Assembly (NCBI GenBank): GCA_964579055.1 | Contig: CAZOFX010000003.1 | Coordinates: 39,551 to 103,550 of the forward strand | DNA length: 64,000 bases | Reading direction: 5' to 3' | Source of the DNA: an uncultured Pirellulales bacterium | GTDB taxonomy: Bacteria; Planctomycetota; Phycisphaerae; Sedimentisphaerales; Anaerobacaceae | In this document: one piece after another, positions 18,274 to 27,550 of the stretch | Numbering within the stretch: position 1 is the stretch's first letter | Layout: every line of letters starts with the position of its first letter | Translations under genes and position numbers: made by a program | Notes under the pieces: model-generated | What the model was told of the DNA's origin: nothing | Databases searched by the model: none | Seen by the model: only the letters and a program-made list of their open reading frames with translations

Positions 18274-19515
18274 ATGCGACTGAGACTGACGATCGGGTGC
18301 GCGTGTGCCTTGACGCTGATTTCCACCCTGTGCCAGGCAGACGACTGGCCCCAATGGCGAGGGCCCAACCGCGACGGTCTGTCGCCGGAGACCGGTTTGC
18401 TCCAGCAGTGGCCTCAGGGCGGGCCGAAGCTGGTTTGGAAGGCCACAGGCCTCGGCGAGGGGTTCTCCACCGTTTCGGTTGTCGGCGACCGGATCTTCAC
18501 CACGGGGGAGAAAGGCGGCGTTTCCTATGTGCACAGCCTGAATCGGGCCGACGGCAAGCTCCTTTGGAGTACGCCGCTCGGCAAGGCCGGAGCGCCTGGC
18601 TGGGGCGGGTTCACCGGACCGCGCGGCACGCCCACCGTCGACGGAGATTTGTTGTACGTCATGGGCCAGTTCGGCGAGCTGGCCTGCCTCAAGACCGCCG
18701 ACGGCGCCAAGGTATGGGATAAGCACATGTCCAAGGATTTCGGGGGCGAGCGGCCCGAGTGGGGTTACAGCGAATCGGTGCTGATCGATGGCGATCAGGC
18801 GGTTTGCACGCCCGGCGGGTCCAAGGGCGCGATCGTGGCCCTCGACAAGCGCACCGGCAGGGTCCTGTGGCAGACGAAGGACTTCACCGATCCGGCCCAC
18901 TATTCCTCGCTGGTTTGCGCCGAGATCGCCGGCGCCAGGCAATACGTCCAATTGACTGCCGATAGCGTAGCCGGTGTCGCTCCGGACGGCCAGGTGCTGT
19001 GGCGCATCGAGCGGAAGGGCAAGACCGCCGTGATTCCCACACCCATCGTCAAGGGCAACAAGGTGTACGTGACCAGCGGTTATGGCGCCGGCAGCAATCT
19101 GTTTGAGGTCGAGCGTGCCGGCGGAAAGCTCCAAGCCAGGCAAGTCTACGCCGAGCGGAGCATTGCCAGCCATCACGGCGGCGCGGTGCTGGTGGGCAAT
19201 CATGTGTACGGCTACTGCGACAGCCGGGGCTGGGTCTGCCAGGAGCTGGCGACAGGCAGGCTGACGTGGACCGAGAAGAGGCAGGTCGGCAAAGGCTCTG
19301 TGGTGTATGCCGACGGACGCTTGTATTTGCGTGCCGAAGACGATGGGATCGTCGCTCTGATCGAGGCGACGCCGGACGGCTACAAGGAGACCGGGCGTTT
19401 CGTGCAGCCCGGTTTCGGCAAACCCAAGACCTGGCCGCATCCGGTCGTGGCCGGAAAGAAGCTTTACCTGCGCGATCAGGACCAACTGCTCTGTTACGAC
19501 GTGCAAGTCCACTGA
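18274..19515 (+). CDS. PQQ-binding-like beta-propeller protein
   Basis: Signal peptide then ADDWPQWRGPNRDG; repeated LWS/W Trp-docking motifs; final LYLRDQ..LCYD. Confidence 0.9.
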   Translation: MRLRLTIGCACALTLISTLCQADDWPQWRGPNRDGLSPETGLLQQWPQGGPKLVWKATGLGEGFSTVSVVGDRIFTTGEKGGVSYVHSLNRADGKLLWSTPLGKAGAPGWGGFTGPRGTPTVDGDLLYVMGQFGELACLKTADGAKVWDKHMSKDFGGERPEWGYSESVLIDGDQAVCTPGGSKGAIVALDKRTGRVLWQTKDFTDPAHYSSLVCAEIAGARQYVQLTADSVAGVAPDGQVLWRIERKGKTAVIPTPIVKGNKVYVTSGYGAGSNLFEVERAGGKLQARQVYAERSIASHHGGAVLVGNHVYGYCDSRGWVCQELATGRLTWTEKRQVGKGSVVYADGRLYLRAEDDGIVALIEATPDGYKETGRFVQPGFGKPKTWPHPVVAGKKLYLRDQDQLLCYDVQVH

Positions 19516-19551
19516 TCTCGCGTTTCGGACACAATAGGAGGTCTTTCGGCG

Positions 19552-20892
19552 ATGTGGCAGATCGTGCTGCTCGTGGTTGCGATAGCGTTCATTGTCCTGG
19601 CCACGAGCAGACTGAAGCTGCACCCGTTTCTGGCGTTGCTGATTGCCGCATTCGGGTATGGGATTCTCAGCCGGCAGATGTCCTTGAAGGGCGTCGTCGA
19701 TTCGATCAACGACGGTTTCGGCGCTACCATCGGCCAGATCGGCATCGTCATCCTCGCCGGCTCGATCATCGGCACCTTCCTGGAGAAGTCGGGCGGCGCC
19801 GCCCGACTGGCCCAGCGGACGGTAGATCTGGTCGGCCCGCGTCGGGTTCCGCTGGCAATGGGCATCATCGGCTATGTCGTGAGCATCCCCGTCTTCTGCG
19901 ATTCGGGATTCATTCTTCTGGCTCCTCTGGCCCGCTCGCTGTCGTCTAAGGCCCGGGTTCCGCTGGCGGCCGGCGCGATGGCGCTCAGTCTCGGTCTCTA
20001 TGCGACGCACACGATGGTCCCGCCGACGCCCGGTCCCGTGGCGGCCGCGGCCGCGCTGGAAGCCGACCTCGGACGTGTGATCCTCTTCGGGCTGATCGTC
20101 AGCGTCCCGGCGCTGGTGGTCTCGTGGTTGTTCAGCGTGAAGATCGCCTCGCGGGTCAAGCTGGCGCCCGACGAATCCCTGGAATCCGATTCGCCGCTGT
20201 CGGCAACTGATGGACCGTCAGTAGCCAAGTCCCTTGCTCCAATCCTGGCGCCGATCCTGCTGATCCTGCTGCGGTCAGTCTGTACACTCCAGGATGCTCC
20301 GCTGGTCGAAGGGTGGGTTGCCGAGGTCGTCGGTTTTCTCGGGCAACCGGTGGTGGCGTTGCTGATTGGCGTGTTTCTGGCCTTTCTGCTTCCGGCCAGA
20401 CTGACGACGGCCATGCTCTCAGGGTCGGGCTGGGTCGGCGAGGCAGTGCTGGCGGCCGCAACGATCATCCTCATCACCGGCTGCGGCGGCGCCTTCGGCA
20501 AGGTGCTGCGGGAGTCGAACATCGCCTCGGTCATCTCGCAGGTCCTGGGTGATGCGTCTGCCTGGGGCCTTTGGCTACCGTTCGTGCTCGCTGCCGCGAT
20601 CAAAACCGCTCAAGGCTCCTCCACCGTCGCGATCATCACGACCGCCGGGATTGTCGCGCCGATGCTCGATCCGCTCGGCTTGGCGACGCCCACCGGCAGG
20701 GCGCTGGCCGTTGTGGCCATCGGCGCCGGGTCCATGGTGGTCAGCCACGTCAACGACAGCTATTTCTGGATCGTCACCCAACTGTCCACCATGACGGTCC
20801 GCCAGGGCTACAAGCTCCAGACGCTTGGGACCCTGATCGAGGGCCTCGCCGCGGCGCTGGCCGTCTGGGTCCTCGGCGCCTTTCTGCTGTAA
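19552..20892 (+). CDS. GntP family permease
   Basis: KLHPFLALL, SIPVFCDSGF, HTMVPPTPGP, AQGSSTVA, SHVNDSYFW. Confidence 0.93.
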   Translation: MWQIVLLVVAIAFIVLATSRLKLHPFLALLIAAFGYGILSRQMSLKGVVDSINDGFGATIGQIGIVILAGSIIGTFLEKSGGAARLAQRTVDLVGPRRVPLAMGIIGYVVSIPVFCDSGFILLAPLARSLSSKARVPLAAGAMALSLGLYATHTMVPPTPGPVAAAAALEADLGRVILFGLIVSVPALVVSWLFSVKIASRVKLAPDESLESDSPLSATDGPSVAKSLAPILAPILLILLRSVCTLQDAPLVEGWVAEVVGFLGQPVVALLIGVFLAFLLPARLTTAMLSGSGWVGEAVLAAATIILITGCGGAFGKVLRESNIASVISQVLGDASAWGLWLPFVLAAAIKTAQGSSTVAIITTAGIVAPMLDPLGLATPTGRALAVVAIGAGSMVVSHVNDSYFWIVTQLSTMTVRQGYKLQTLGTLIEGLAAALAVWVLGAFLL

Positions 20893-21230
20893 TCGGATTG
20901 CGCTCGTCTTGTCCGGTCCTTGAGACCCTCGCGGGTCCAGATGTCGGCCGCCCGGTCATGCATGCTTTCCTGTGTTTCTCCCGATAGTTTTTTTTCTTGA
21001 CCCCCGTGCGGGAACGGTTGTATACGATGCACCTTTTTGGCGAAGTTGCAGTCATTTCGTCTGGGGTGGCCGACATTTGATCTCAACATAGACTCGCGGC
21101 TCGCAGTGATCCGCCCTCGGCGGATACGGTGTTCCTCGTTAGTGATTCCCCCCGCCAAAGGCGGCCTGACGGTAGGCGTTGGCGGTGGTATCGAGTCGCG
21201 CGGTGGTCCTGAGATGGAGCAAGCAAAGCA

Positions 21231-21662
21231 ATGACATGGCAGGTCGATTACCTGGCAGAGCAGCAGGTCGTGGCGGCGACGGTTTCCGCCACGGTGGGAA
21301 TCCAGGAGATCTCGGAAATGGTTGCGCGAGGCCTTGCGGTGGCCGCCGAACGCGCCACAGGTGCGATCCTGATTGACGCTCGCCAGATGAGGCTGGACGC
21401 CCTGACGACGGAGCTCTATCGCCTGCCTGGGATCGTTGAGGAACTCGGGCTGACCCGGTCCCACCGGGTCGCGGTGGTGATCGCGGACGACTCGGAGCAG
21501 ATGGACAGCTTCCTGTTCGTCGAGACCGTGTTCTTCAATCGAGGTTTTCCTGTTCGCCTCTTCACGGAGGTGACCGCGGCCCTGAAATGGCTCAAGTCAG
21601 GCCAACGGCCTTTGCACCCTGCGAGCGGATCGAGTCCGAACAAGCGCCCGAGAACCTCTTGA
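21231..21662 (+). CDS. Hypothetical STAS/SpoIIAA-like protein
   Basis: ILIDAR, RVAVV, FVETVFFNRGFPVRLF...ALKWL. Confidence 0.7.
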   Translation: MTWQVDYLAEQQVVAATVSATVGIQEISEMVARGLAVAAERATGAILIDARQMRLDALTTELYRLPGIVEELGLTRSHRVAVVIADDSEQMDSFLFVETVFFNRGFPVRLFTEVTAALKWLKSGQRPLHPASGSSPNKRPRTS

Positions 21663-21676
21663 AAGCTCTTTGTCCG

Positions 21677-21913
21677 ATGCGCGACGAGATCGCCAGAAAC
21701 CTGGGCCCGCAGCCGATCGGGCGGATCATGGCCGAGCACGGTCTCAAGCCGCACGACCTCGTGGCCGCTTCGACCGAACAGCTCACGCACAAGATGGTCA
21801 CCCGCGCGTGCAAGGGCCGCCGCCTGACCCCGAACGCCCAAGCCAAGGTCCTGGCCGCCCTGAACCTCGCGACGCAGAAGCACTACGCCCTCAGCGACCT
21901 GTTCACCTACTGA
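21677..21913 (+). CDS. Small hypothetical protein, possibly HTH-like
   Basis: RNLGPQPIGRIMAEHGLKPHDLVAASTEQLTHKMVTRACKGRRLT; typical codon usage. Confidence 0.7.
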   Translation: MRDEIARNLGPQPIGRIMAEHGLKPHDLVAASTEQLTHKMVTRACKGRRLTPNAQAKVLAALNLATQKHYALSDLFTY

Positions 21914-22058
21914 CCACGCGATCTGTTTGGTGTTCAAAGCTCCGTCTCGTCCGTCGACGTGATCCCGGCGCGCCGGGATGGCCGCGCCAGGATGATTGCA
22001 GAGGTGAACCGACCGGCTATAATCGGCGTAGATCAAGGGCTTTCGAAGGGGCAGAAGA

Positions 22059-23513
22059 ATGACGACACCGCCTTTGGTGGTGAAACGGTCGTCGGTGCGA
22101 TTGACGGCGGATGCCAGCTTGACGATCACGCGCTTGTTCTGGCCGGGGTCCGACCGCGCGCGAAATGTGATCGACCGCATCAATGCGCTGGACGACGAGC
22201 AGGTCCGGCGACTGCTGGATTCGACGCGGGCGAACTTCACCCACCTTCCTGCGGGCCTGGACAACATCTTTCTGGCGCATTACGAGCAGGCGGCCAAGCG
22301 GGTCGCCATGCCGGCGAACGCCAGCGAGGAACGCAAGCTCTACATCGGCGCGTGCTTCACCATGGAGTACGCCTTTGCCTCGGCGGCCATGTTCAATCCG
22401 TCCATGACGCCGGCCATCGACCAGAGCGGTCTGGAGGGCGGCTCGCTTCGCTTCGCCATGAGCCTGCGGGCCGTCGGCGAGGGACATCTCAGCTCGATCG
22501 TCTTTCGGCGCGGGGTCATCAACGCGAGCGGAGACATCGTAATGGAGCCGGCCGGGCCGTACCACGAACCGATGCGCCGCGCCGAATACGAGCGGTTCAG
22601 CAAGGCGAAGTTCCGCGTCAAGCTGGCCGAGCTGGGCGTGCGCGACACGATCATGGAGGTCGTCCTGCGAAGGCTGGGCGAGCGGTTCACCGCCGAGGAC
22701 CTGCGCGAGGCGATCAACGGCCCCCAGGCGTTGGTCGAAGGGCTGCTGCGCCCCGACAGTGAGTCGGCCGGCTTCGAGTGGCTGGCCGGCTGCGACTACG
22801 ACATCGAGGCCAGTCCCGACGGCCAGATTACCGATGCGGTCCTGTTCCCGATCTGCGAAGCCGAGAGCCAGGGCATGGAGGACATGCGGATCGTCCGCTT
22901 CACCGACGACGACGGCTCGGTGCGCTACTACGGCACGTACACAGCCTACAACGGACGCCAGATCCTCCCGCAGATTGTCGAAATGCGCGAGCAGAACCTG
23001 GCCCGCGTCCGCACTCTGCACGGACGCTGCGCCCGCAATAAAGGACTGGCGCTGTTCCCGCGCAAGGTCGGCGGTCGCTACATGATGAGCGGACGCATCG
23101 ACGGCGAGAACCTCTTCATCCTCCGATCCGACAACGTTCTGATCTGGGACGAGGCAGTCAAGGTGCAGGAGCCGCAGTTTCCCTGGGAGGTGATTCAGAT
23201 CGGCAATTGCGGCTCGCCCATCGAGACGGAGGCGGGTTGGCTGCTGCTGACGCACGGGGTCGGTCCCATGCGCCATTACTGCATCGGTGCGACGCTGTTG
23301 GACCGCGAGGACCCGACGAAGGTGCTCGGCCGGCTGGCCGAGCCGTTGCTGATGGCCACCGCCGAGGAACGCAAGGGCTACGTCCCCAACGTCGTCTACT
23401 CCTGCGGCGGACTCGTCCACAACGGACTGCTCGTGATCCCCTACGGGATCAGTGATGCGGCCGCCGGATTCGCGACGGTGTCTCTTGACGATCTGCTGGC
23501 CCGCCTGGCATGA
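22059..23513 (+). CDS. Glycoside hydrolase family 130 protein with N-terminal extension
   Basis: GMEDMR, YYGTYTAYNG, NKGLALFPRK, IGNCGSPIET, GWLLLTHGVG, GYVPNVVYSCG. Confidence 0.9.
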   Translation: MTTPPLVVKRSSVRLTADASLTITRLFWPGSDRARNVIDRINALDDEQVRRLLDSTRANFTHLPAGLDNIFLAHYEQAAKRVAMPANASEERKLYIGACFTMEYAFASAAMFNPSMTPAIDQSGLEGGSLRFAMSLRAVGEGHLSSIVFRRGVINASGDIVMEPAGPYHEPMRRAEYERFSKAKFRVKLAELGVRDTIMEVVLRRLGERFTAEDLREAINGPQALVEGLLRPDSESAGFEWLAGCDYDIEASPDGQITDAVLFPICEAESQGMEDMRIVRFTDDDGSVRYYGTYTAYNGRQILPQIVEMREQNLARVRTLHGRCARNKGLALFPRKVGGRYMMSGRIDGENLFILRSDNVLIWDEAVKVQEPQFPWEVIQIGNCGSPIETEAGWLLLTHGVGPMRHYCIGATLLDREDPTKVLGRLAEPLLMATAEERKGYVPNVVYSCGGLVHNGLLVIPYGISDAAAGFATVSLDDLLARLA

Positions 23514-23560
23514 GGCCGGCAGCCCGCTGTCTCTCATCGGACCTGTACGACCAACGGGAC

Positions 23561-26173
23561 CTATGAGTCTGTCTTGCTGGCGTCGGATTTCTTCTGCAGG
23601 TCCTCGAGCTGCTCCTTGAGTTTGCCGGTCTCCTCCTTCAGTTCGTCGAGCATCTTTCGCAGCTCGACGATCTCCTCCGGAACCAGCGGCTTCTCCTGGC
23701 GCAGCTTGTCGACGGCTTCGGCGGCGCGTCTCTGGACCCAATCGCGCGGCTCGCGCCCTCGAAAGGTCTCGACGATCGGGATGGCCTTGGGATCGCCGAG
23801 CGTGCCCAGCGCGCCGATGGTGCCGGCCTGAATGGATTGTCTGGGGTGGTTCACGTAGCCGGCCAGGAACTGGCGCACTTCGCAGCGATCCTCCTCGTTG
23901 CGGGCGAGGTAGGCCAGCGTGTCGAGTCCGCCGGCAAAGTCCCAGGAGCGGTACTGCGACTCGCTGTCGCGAAGCGCCGCCATCAGCTCATCGGTATACG
24001 ACGCATCATCGAGCGTGCGCAGGGCCGCAATGGCGGCGCCGGCCAGTTCGTTTCGATAGGACGTCGACCGCATGTACCTGTCGATGACCTCTCGCGTCTG
24101 CGGTCCAGTGTAGCGCCCGGTCGCCCGTATGGCGGCGGCCAGCACCTCCGGGTTCTTCTCCTCGATCAGCACGCTCTGTATCAGCGACGGGACCTCGGAG
24201 CGGTAGAAGCGCCCGAGGTCTTCGATGACCCGCAGGCGGACGCGCGCATCGCTCTGGTCCATCGAATCGGCCAGGGCTTCAAATGCCTCATCGGTGTGGA
24301 TCTCCTGCAATGCGGACGACGCATGGAGCCGCACGCCGTGGAAGGGATCACGGTCGAGCGTGTCCTTGAGTCGGGCGATGGTCTTCTTGTCCTTCTTGTC
24401 TTTCAGCGCGTCGATCGCGCGCAGTCGGCCGACCACGTCCGATGTGTTCTGGAGCTGCGCGTACAGCATTTCTCTCGGCTTGTCGAATTCCACCTTGGCC
24501 AGCAGCGTCAGGTCGGGATCGAAGCACACCACGTTTGGCTCGGCGGCCAGGGCGAAATAGAAGTCCTGGCGGGTGCTGTCGATTTCCATGTCCCGGTCGG
24601 TCGCTTGGCCGTGGAGCCGGAAGCGGACGGTGGCCGGCAGGTGGAAGACGGCCGTGCCGTTTTCGCCCGGCTTGTGGGTCTGCTCGACGCTGATCTTGGC
24701 AAGTTTGTCCTGTTCCAACCACTCGTAGGAGACCTTCAGCTCAGGGCAGCCGGAGTGGTAGAGCCACTGATCGAAGAAGCGGTCGAAGGATCGGCCCGAC
24801 AGTTCTTCGATGACCGAGCGCAAGTCCTCCGTGACCACGACCCCCAGCGCGTGCCGCTCGATGTACGTTCGGATGATCCGCCGGTACAGCGCTTCGCCCA
24901 GCTCGCTGCGCAGCATGTGCAGGACCCAGCCGGCCTTGGCGTAGCAGCGATAGTCAAACTGGTCGTCGGCGTGCTTGTACCGCCGCGTGACGATCGGCTC
25001 GGCGTCGGCATCGTCCCGCACGATCCGCCGGGCCGAGTTGTACAGCCCGTACAGCAGCGCGTCGCGCCCGTTCTTGTGGCCGTCGTAGAGCGCCTCGTAG
25101 TACGTCGCGAACCCCTCGTTCAGCCACAGGTGACTCCAATCCTTACAGGTGACGTAGTCGCCGAACCACTGGTGCACCAGTTCGTGAGCGATCAGGTCCT
25201 GGCTCGTGCGGATGTTCTCCGACGCGTCGGTGAAAAGTGTCCCATCGGTGAGGATCGTCAGCGTCGTGTTCTCCATGCCGCCGGCGACGAAGTCCTCCAC
25301 TGCAACCTGATCGTACTTGTCCCAGGGGTAGGGGATGCCGATCTCCTGCTCGTAGAAGGCGATCATGTCGGCGGTGCCCTCGAAGCTGTTGGCGGCCTCA
25401 GCGAATTGCGAAGGCGGCGTGTAGAACCCCAGCGGGAGGTCTCCGTGCCGCGATTCGAGCTTCTCGAAGTACCCGGCGACCAGCGCGATCAGATAGTTGA
25501 CGTGGGGCTTTTCCTGGAGCCAGTGGACCGTCTTGAGCCCGGTCTCCGGTTCGATGCGTTCGGAGACCAGCCGGCCGTTCGAGACGACCGTCATCTCGGG
25601 CGGCACGCGGCAGATGACCTCGGAGCTGAATCGCTCGTTCGGATAGTCGAAGTTCGGGAACCAGTGCGGCGCATCGTGACTCTCGCCCTGGGTGAACAGG
25701 TGCGCATCGGTTTCGGGATACCCCATCTCGGGCGTACGGAAGTAGAGCCCTTGCCGAGGCTCGGCGTCGTACAGGATCGTGACGGAGTGTTCTTCTCCCG
25801 GCAGCAGGGGCGGGTGGAACGTGATCGTGATGTCCTTGTCCGTCGCTGTATAGCCTGCGATCTTGGCGTCCGACACGACAGAAACGACGTTCAGGTCGAT
25901 CGCGTCGAGCTTCAGCTCGGTCAGGAGCCGGGAGATCGGCGCAAAGCGGATGGTTGTGATTGCCTGGATCGTACGCTCCTCGAAATCCGGCGTCACGTCG
26001 ATGGTCACCCTGGTGATATCGACGTCTCGCGGTGGCGCATACTGGCGGTCCGGCGTGTCCCTCTTCTCCTCCGCCGAACAAGACTGATCTGTGCCCGCGA
26101 ACCCTGACAGGCCCCAGACCAGCAACACCGAAAGCCACAGGAATCGACCGCGCGTATGTCGTTTTGCATTCAT
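23561..26173 (-). CDS. M1 family aminopeptidase with C-terminal HEAT repeats
   Basis: AGGMEN, HELVHQWFG...WLNEGFA; signal peptide; C-terminal coiled coil. Confidence 0.95.
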   Translation of the reverse strand: MNAKRHTRGRFLWLSVLLVWGLSGFAGTDQSCSAEEKRDTPDRQYAPPRDVDITRVTIDVTPDFEERTIQAITTIRFAPISRLLTELKLDAIDLNVVSVVSDAKIAGYTATDKDITITFHPPLLPGEEHSVTILYDAEPRQGLYFRTPEMGYPETDAHLFTQGESHDAPHWFPNFDYPNERFSSEVICRVPPEMTVVSNGRLVSERIEPETGLKTVHWLQEKPHVNYLIALVAGYFEKLESRHGDLPLGFYTPPSQFAEAANSFEGTADMIAFYEQEIGIPYPWDKYDQVAVEDFVAGGMENTTLTILTDGTLFTDASENIRTSQDLIAHELVHQWFGDYVTCKDWSHLWLNEGFATYYEALYDGHKNGRDALLYGLYNSARRIVRDDADAEPIVTRRYKHADDQFDYRCYAKAGWVLHMLRSELGEALYRRIIRTYIERHALGVVVTEDLRSVIEELSGRSFDRFFDQWLYHSGCPELKVSYEWLEQDKLAKISVEQTHKPGENGTAVFHLPATVRFRLHGQATDRDMEIDSTRQDFYFALAAEPNVVCFDPDLTLLAKVEFDKPREMLYAQLQNTSDVVGRLRAIDALKDKKDKKTIARLKDTLDRDPFHGVRLHASSALQEIHTDEAFEALADSMDQSDARVRLRVIEDLGRFYRSEVPSLIQSVLIEEKNPEVLAAAIRATGRYTGPQTREVIDRYMRSTSYRNELAGAAIAALRTLDDASYTDELMAALRDSESQYRSWDFAGGLDTLAYLARNEEDRCEVRQFLAGYVNHPRQSIQAGTIGALGTLGDPKAIPIVETFRGREPRDWVQRRAAEAVDKLRQEKPLVPEEIVELRKMLDELKEETGKLKEQLEDLQKKSDASKTDS

Positions 26174-26381
26174 CTCGTCCGCCTTTCCAGTCGGTGTGTC
26201 AGGCCGCGTCTATGGTTCATCATGAATACGGGCGAATATATCCTTATCCCGCCGGAGCGCCAAGCCCGCCGCAGGCGGGTCATTTTGCGGATAGGGGCTG
26301 GTGTGACGGCGGTTTCATGGTATGATGTCGCCCGTCTACGCCAAACCACGGACAACGGACCTTTGTTGGAGCGGATGTACG

Positions 26382-27323
26382 ATGGGATCGGATGTGGGTA
26401 GCCTGGCCCGGCCGCTGCGCGGGATCATTCCGCCGATGGTGACGCCTCTGGAAGACCGCGATGCGCTCGACGTGCCCGGCCTGGAGCGGCTGGTCGAGCA
26501 TATCCTGGCCGGGGGTGTTCACGGCCTGTTCATTCTCGGCACGATGGGCGAGGCGCCGAGCCTGAGCCACCGCCTGCGCCACGAGCTGGTCGGTCGGGTC
26601 TGTTCCCAGGTCAACCATCGTGTCCCGGTCCTGGTGGGCATCATCGACACGTCGTTCGTCGAGGCGCTGAGTCTGGCGCAGAAGGCCGCCGCGGCCGGCG
26701 CCGATGGACTGGTGCTGCCGGCGCCGCACTACTATCCGGCGGGCCAGCCGGAGCTGCTCGAATTCCTCCGTCACCTCGTGCCGCAACTGCCGCTGCCGAC
26801 GTTTCTCTACAACCTTCCGAACTATCCCAGGGCGATGTTCGATCCGGAGACGGTCCAGGCGGCGTCGGACATGCCCGGCATCGTCGGACTCAAGGACAGC
26901 TCGACGAACATGATCTACTTCCGCCACCTTCAGTTTCTCATGGCCGACCGTCCGGACTTCGCCCTGTTGATGGGCCCGGAGATGCTGTTGGCCGAGACGG
27001 TCCTGCTCGGCGGACACGGCGGGATCTGCGGCGGTGCCAATCTGCTGCCTCGTCTGTACGTCGATCTCTATGAGGCCGCGTATGCGCGGGACATGGCCCG
27101 CGTCCAGACGCTGCATCGTAAGGTGGTCGAGCTTGGCCGAACGATCTACCGCGTGGGGCGGTACGAGTCAAGCTTCTTGAAGGGCCTCAAATGCGCTTTA
27201 TCGTGCCTGGGGATATGCAGCGACTTCATGGCCGAACCGCTGCACCGCTTCCGAGGGCCGGAGCGGGACATCGTGCAGAAATACGTCGAAGAGCTTGGCA
27301 TCACGGCGAACGGACTGGTCTGA
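26382..27323 (+). CDS. Dihydrodipicolinate synthase/N-acetylneuraminate lyase family protein
   Basis: GIIPPMVTP, LGTMGE, LYNLP, GLKDSS. Confidence 0.92.
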   Translation: MGSDVGSLARPLRGIIPPMVTPLEDRDALDVPGLERLVEHILAGGVHGLFILGTMGEAPSLSHRLRHELVGRVCSQVNHRVPVLVGIIDTSFVEALSLAQKAAAAGADGLVLPAPHYYPAGQPELLEFLRHLVPQLPLPTFLYNLPNYPRAMFDPETVQAASDMPGIVGLKDSSTNMIYFRHLQFLMADRPDFALLMGPEMLLAETVLLGGHGGICGGANLLPRLYVDLYEAAYARDMARVQTLHRKVVELGRTIYRVGRYESSFLKGLKCALSCLGICSDFMAEPLHRFRGPERDIVQKYVEELGITANGLV

Positions 27324-27350
27324 CGACGAATCCGAATGGAGTCCTTTCCG

Positions 27351-27410
27351 CTTGGGGTCCCTCAGGTCCTTCTTGGGCCAAAAGGACCTAAAGGACCTGA
27401 AGGACCTAAG
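27351..27410. repeat. Inverted 9-nt periodic repeat (ggtcc.../aaggaccta)
   Basis: cttggggtccctcaggtccttctt ... aaaggacctaaaggacctgaaggacctaag. Confidence 0.8.
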
Positions 27411-27438
27411 GTACCGGCGAATGATGATTCGCCCCTAC
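27411..27438 (-). repeat. GTAG REP-like hairpin (GGGCGAAT...ATTCGCCC family)
   Basis: gtaccggcgaatgatgattcgcccctac; sister copy at 38958. Confidence 0.85.
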
Positions 27439-27455
27439 AGTGTCGGCCGCAGGCC

Positions 27456-27540
27456 GATTTCGGATTCAGGATTGCAGATTAGCGGTTGCCAGAGAATCCG
27501 CAATCGCCAATCATCAATAATCAATAGTCAATCATCAATT
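27456..27540. repeat. 7-nt periodic repeats, partly inverted
   Basis: gatttcg gattcag gattgca gattagc ... aatccgc aatcgcc aatcatc aataatc aatagtc aatcatc. Confidence 0.8.
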
Positions 27541-27550
27541 CGGAGGCAGC

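Noticed and set aside
27324-27550. CRISPR array
   Set aside because: Repeats are 7-9 nt and periodic with no unique spacers; no cas genes in the window
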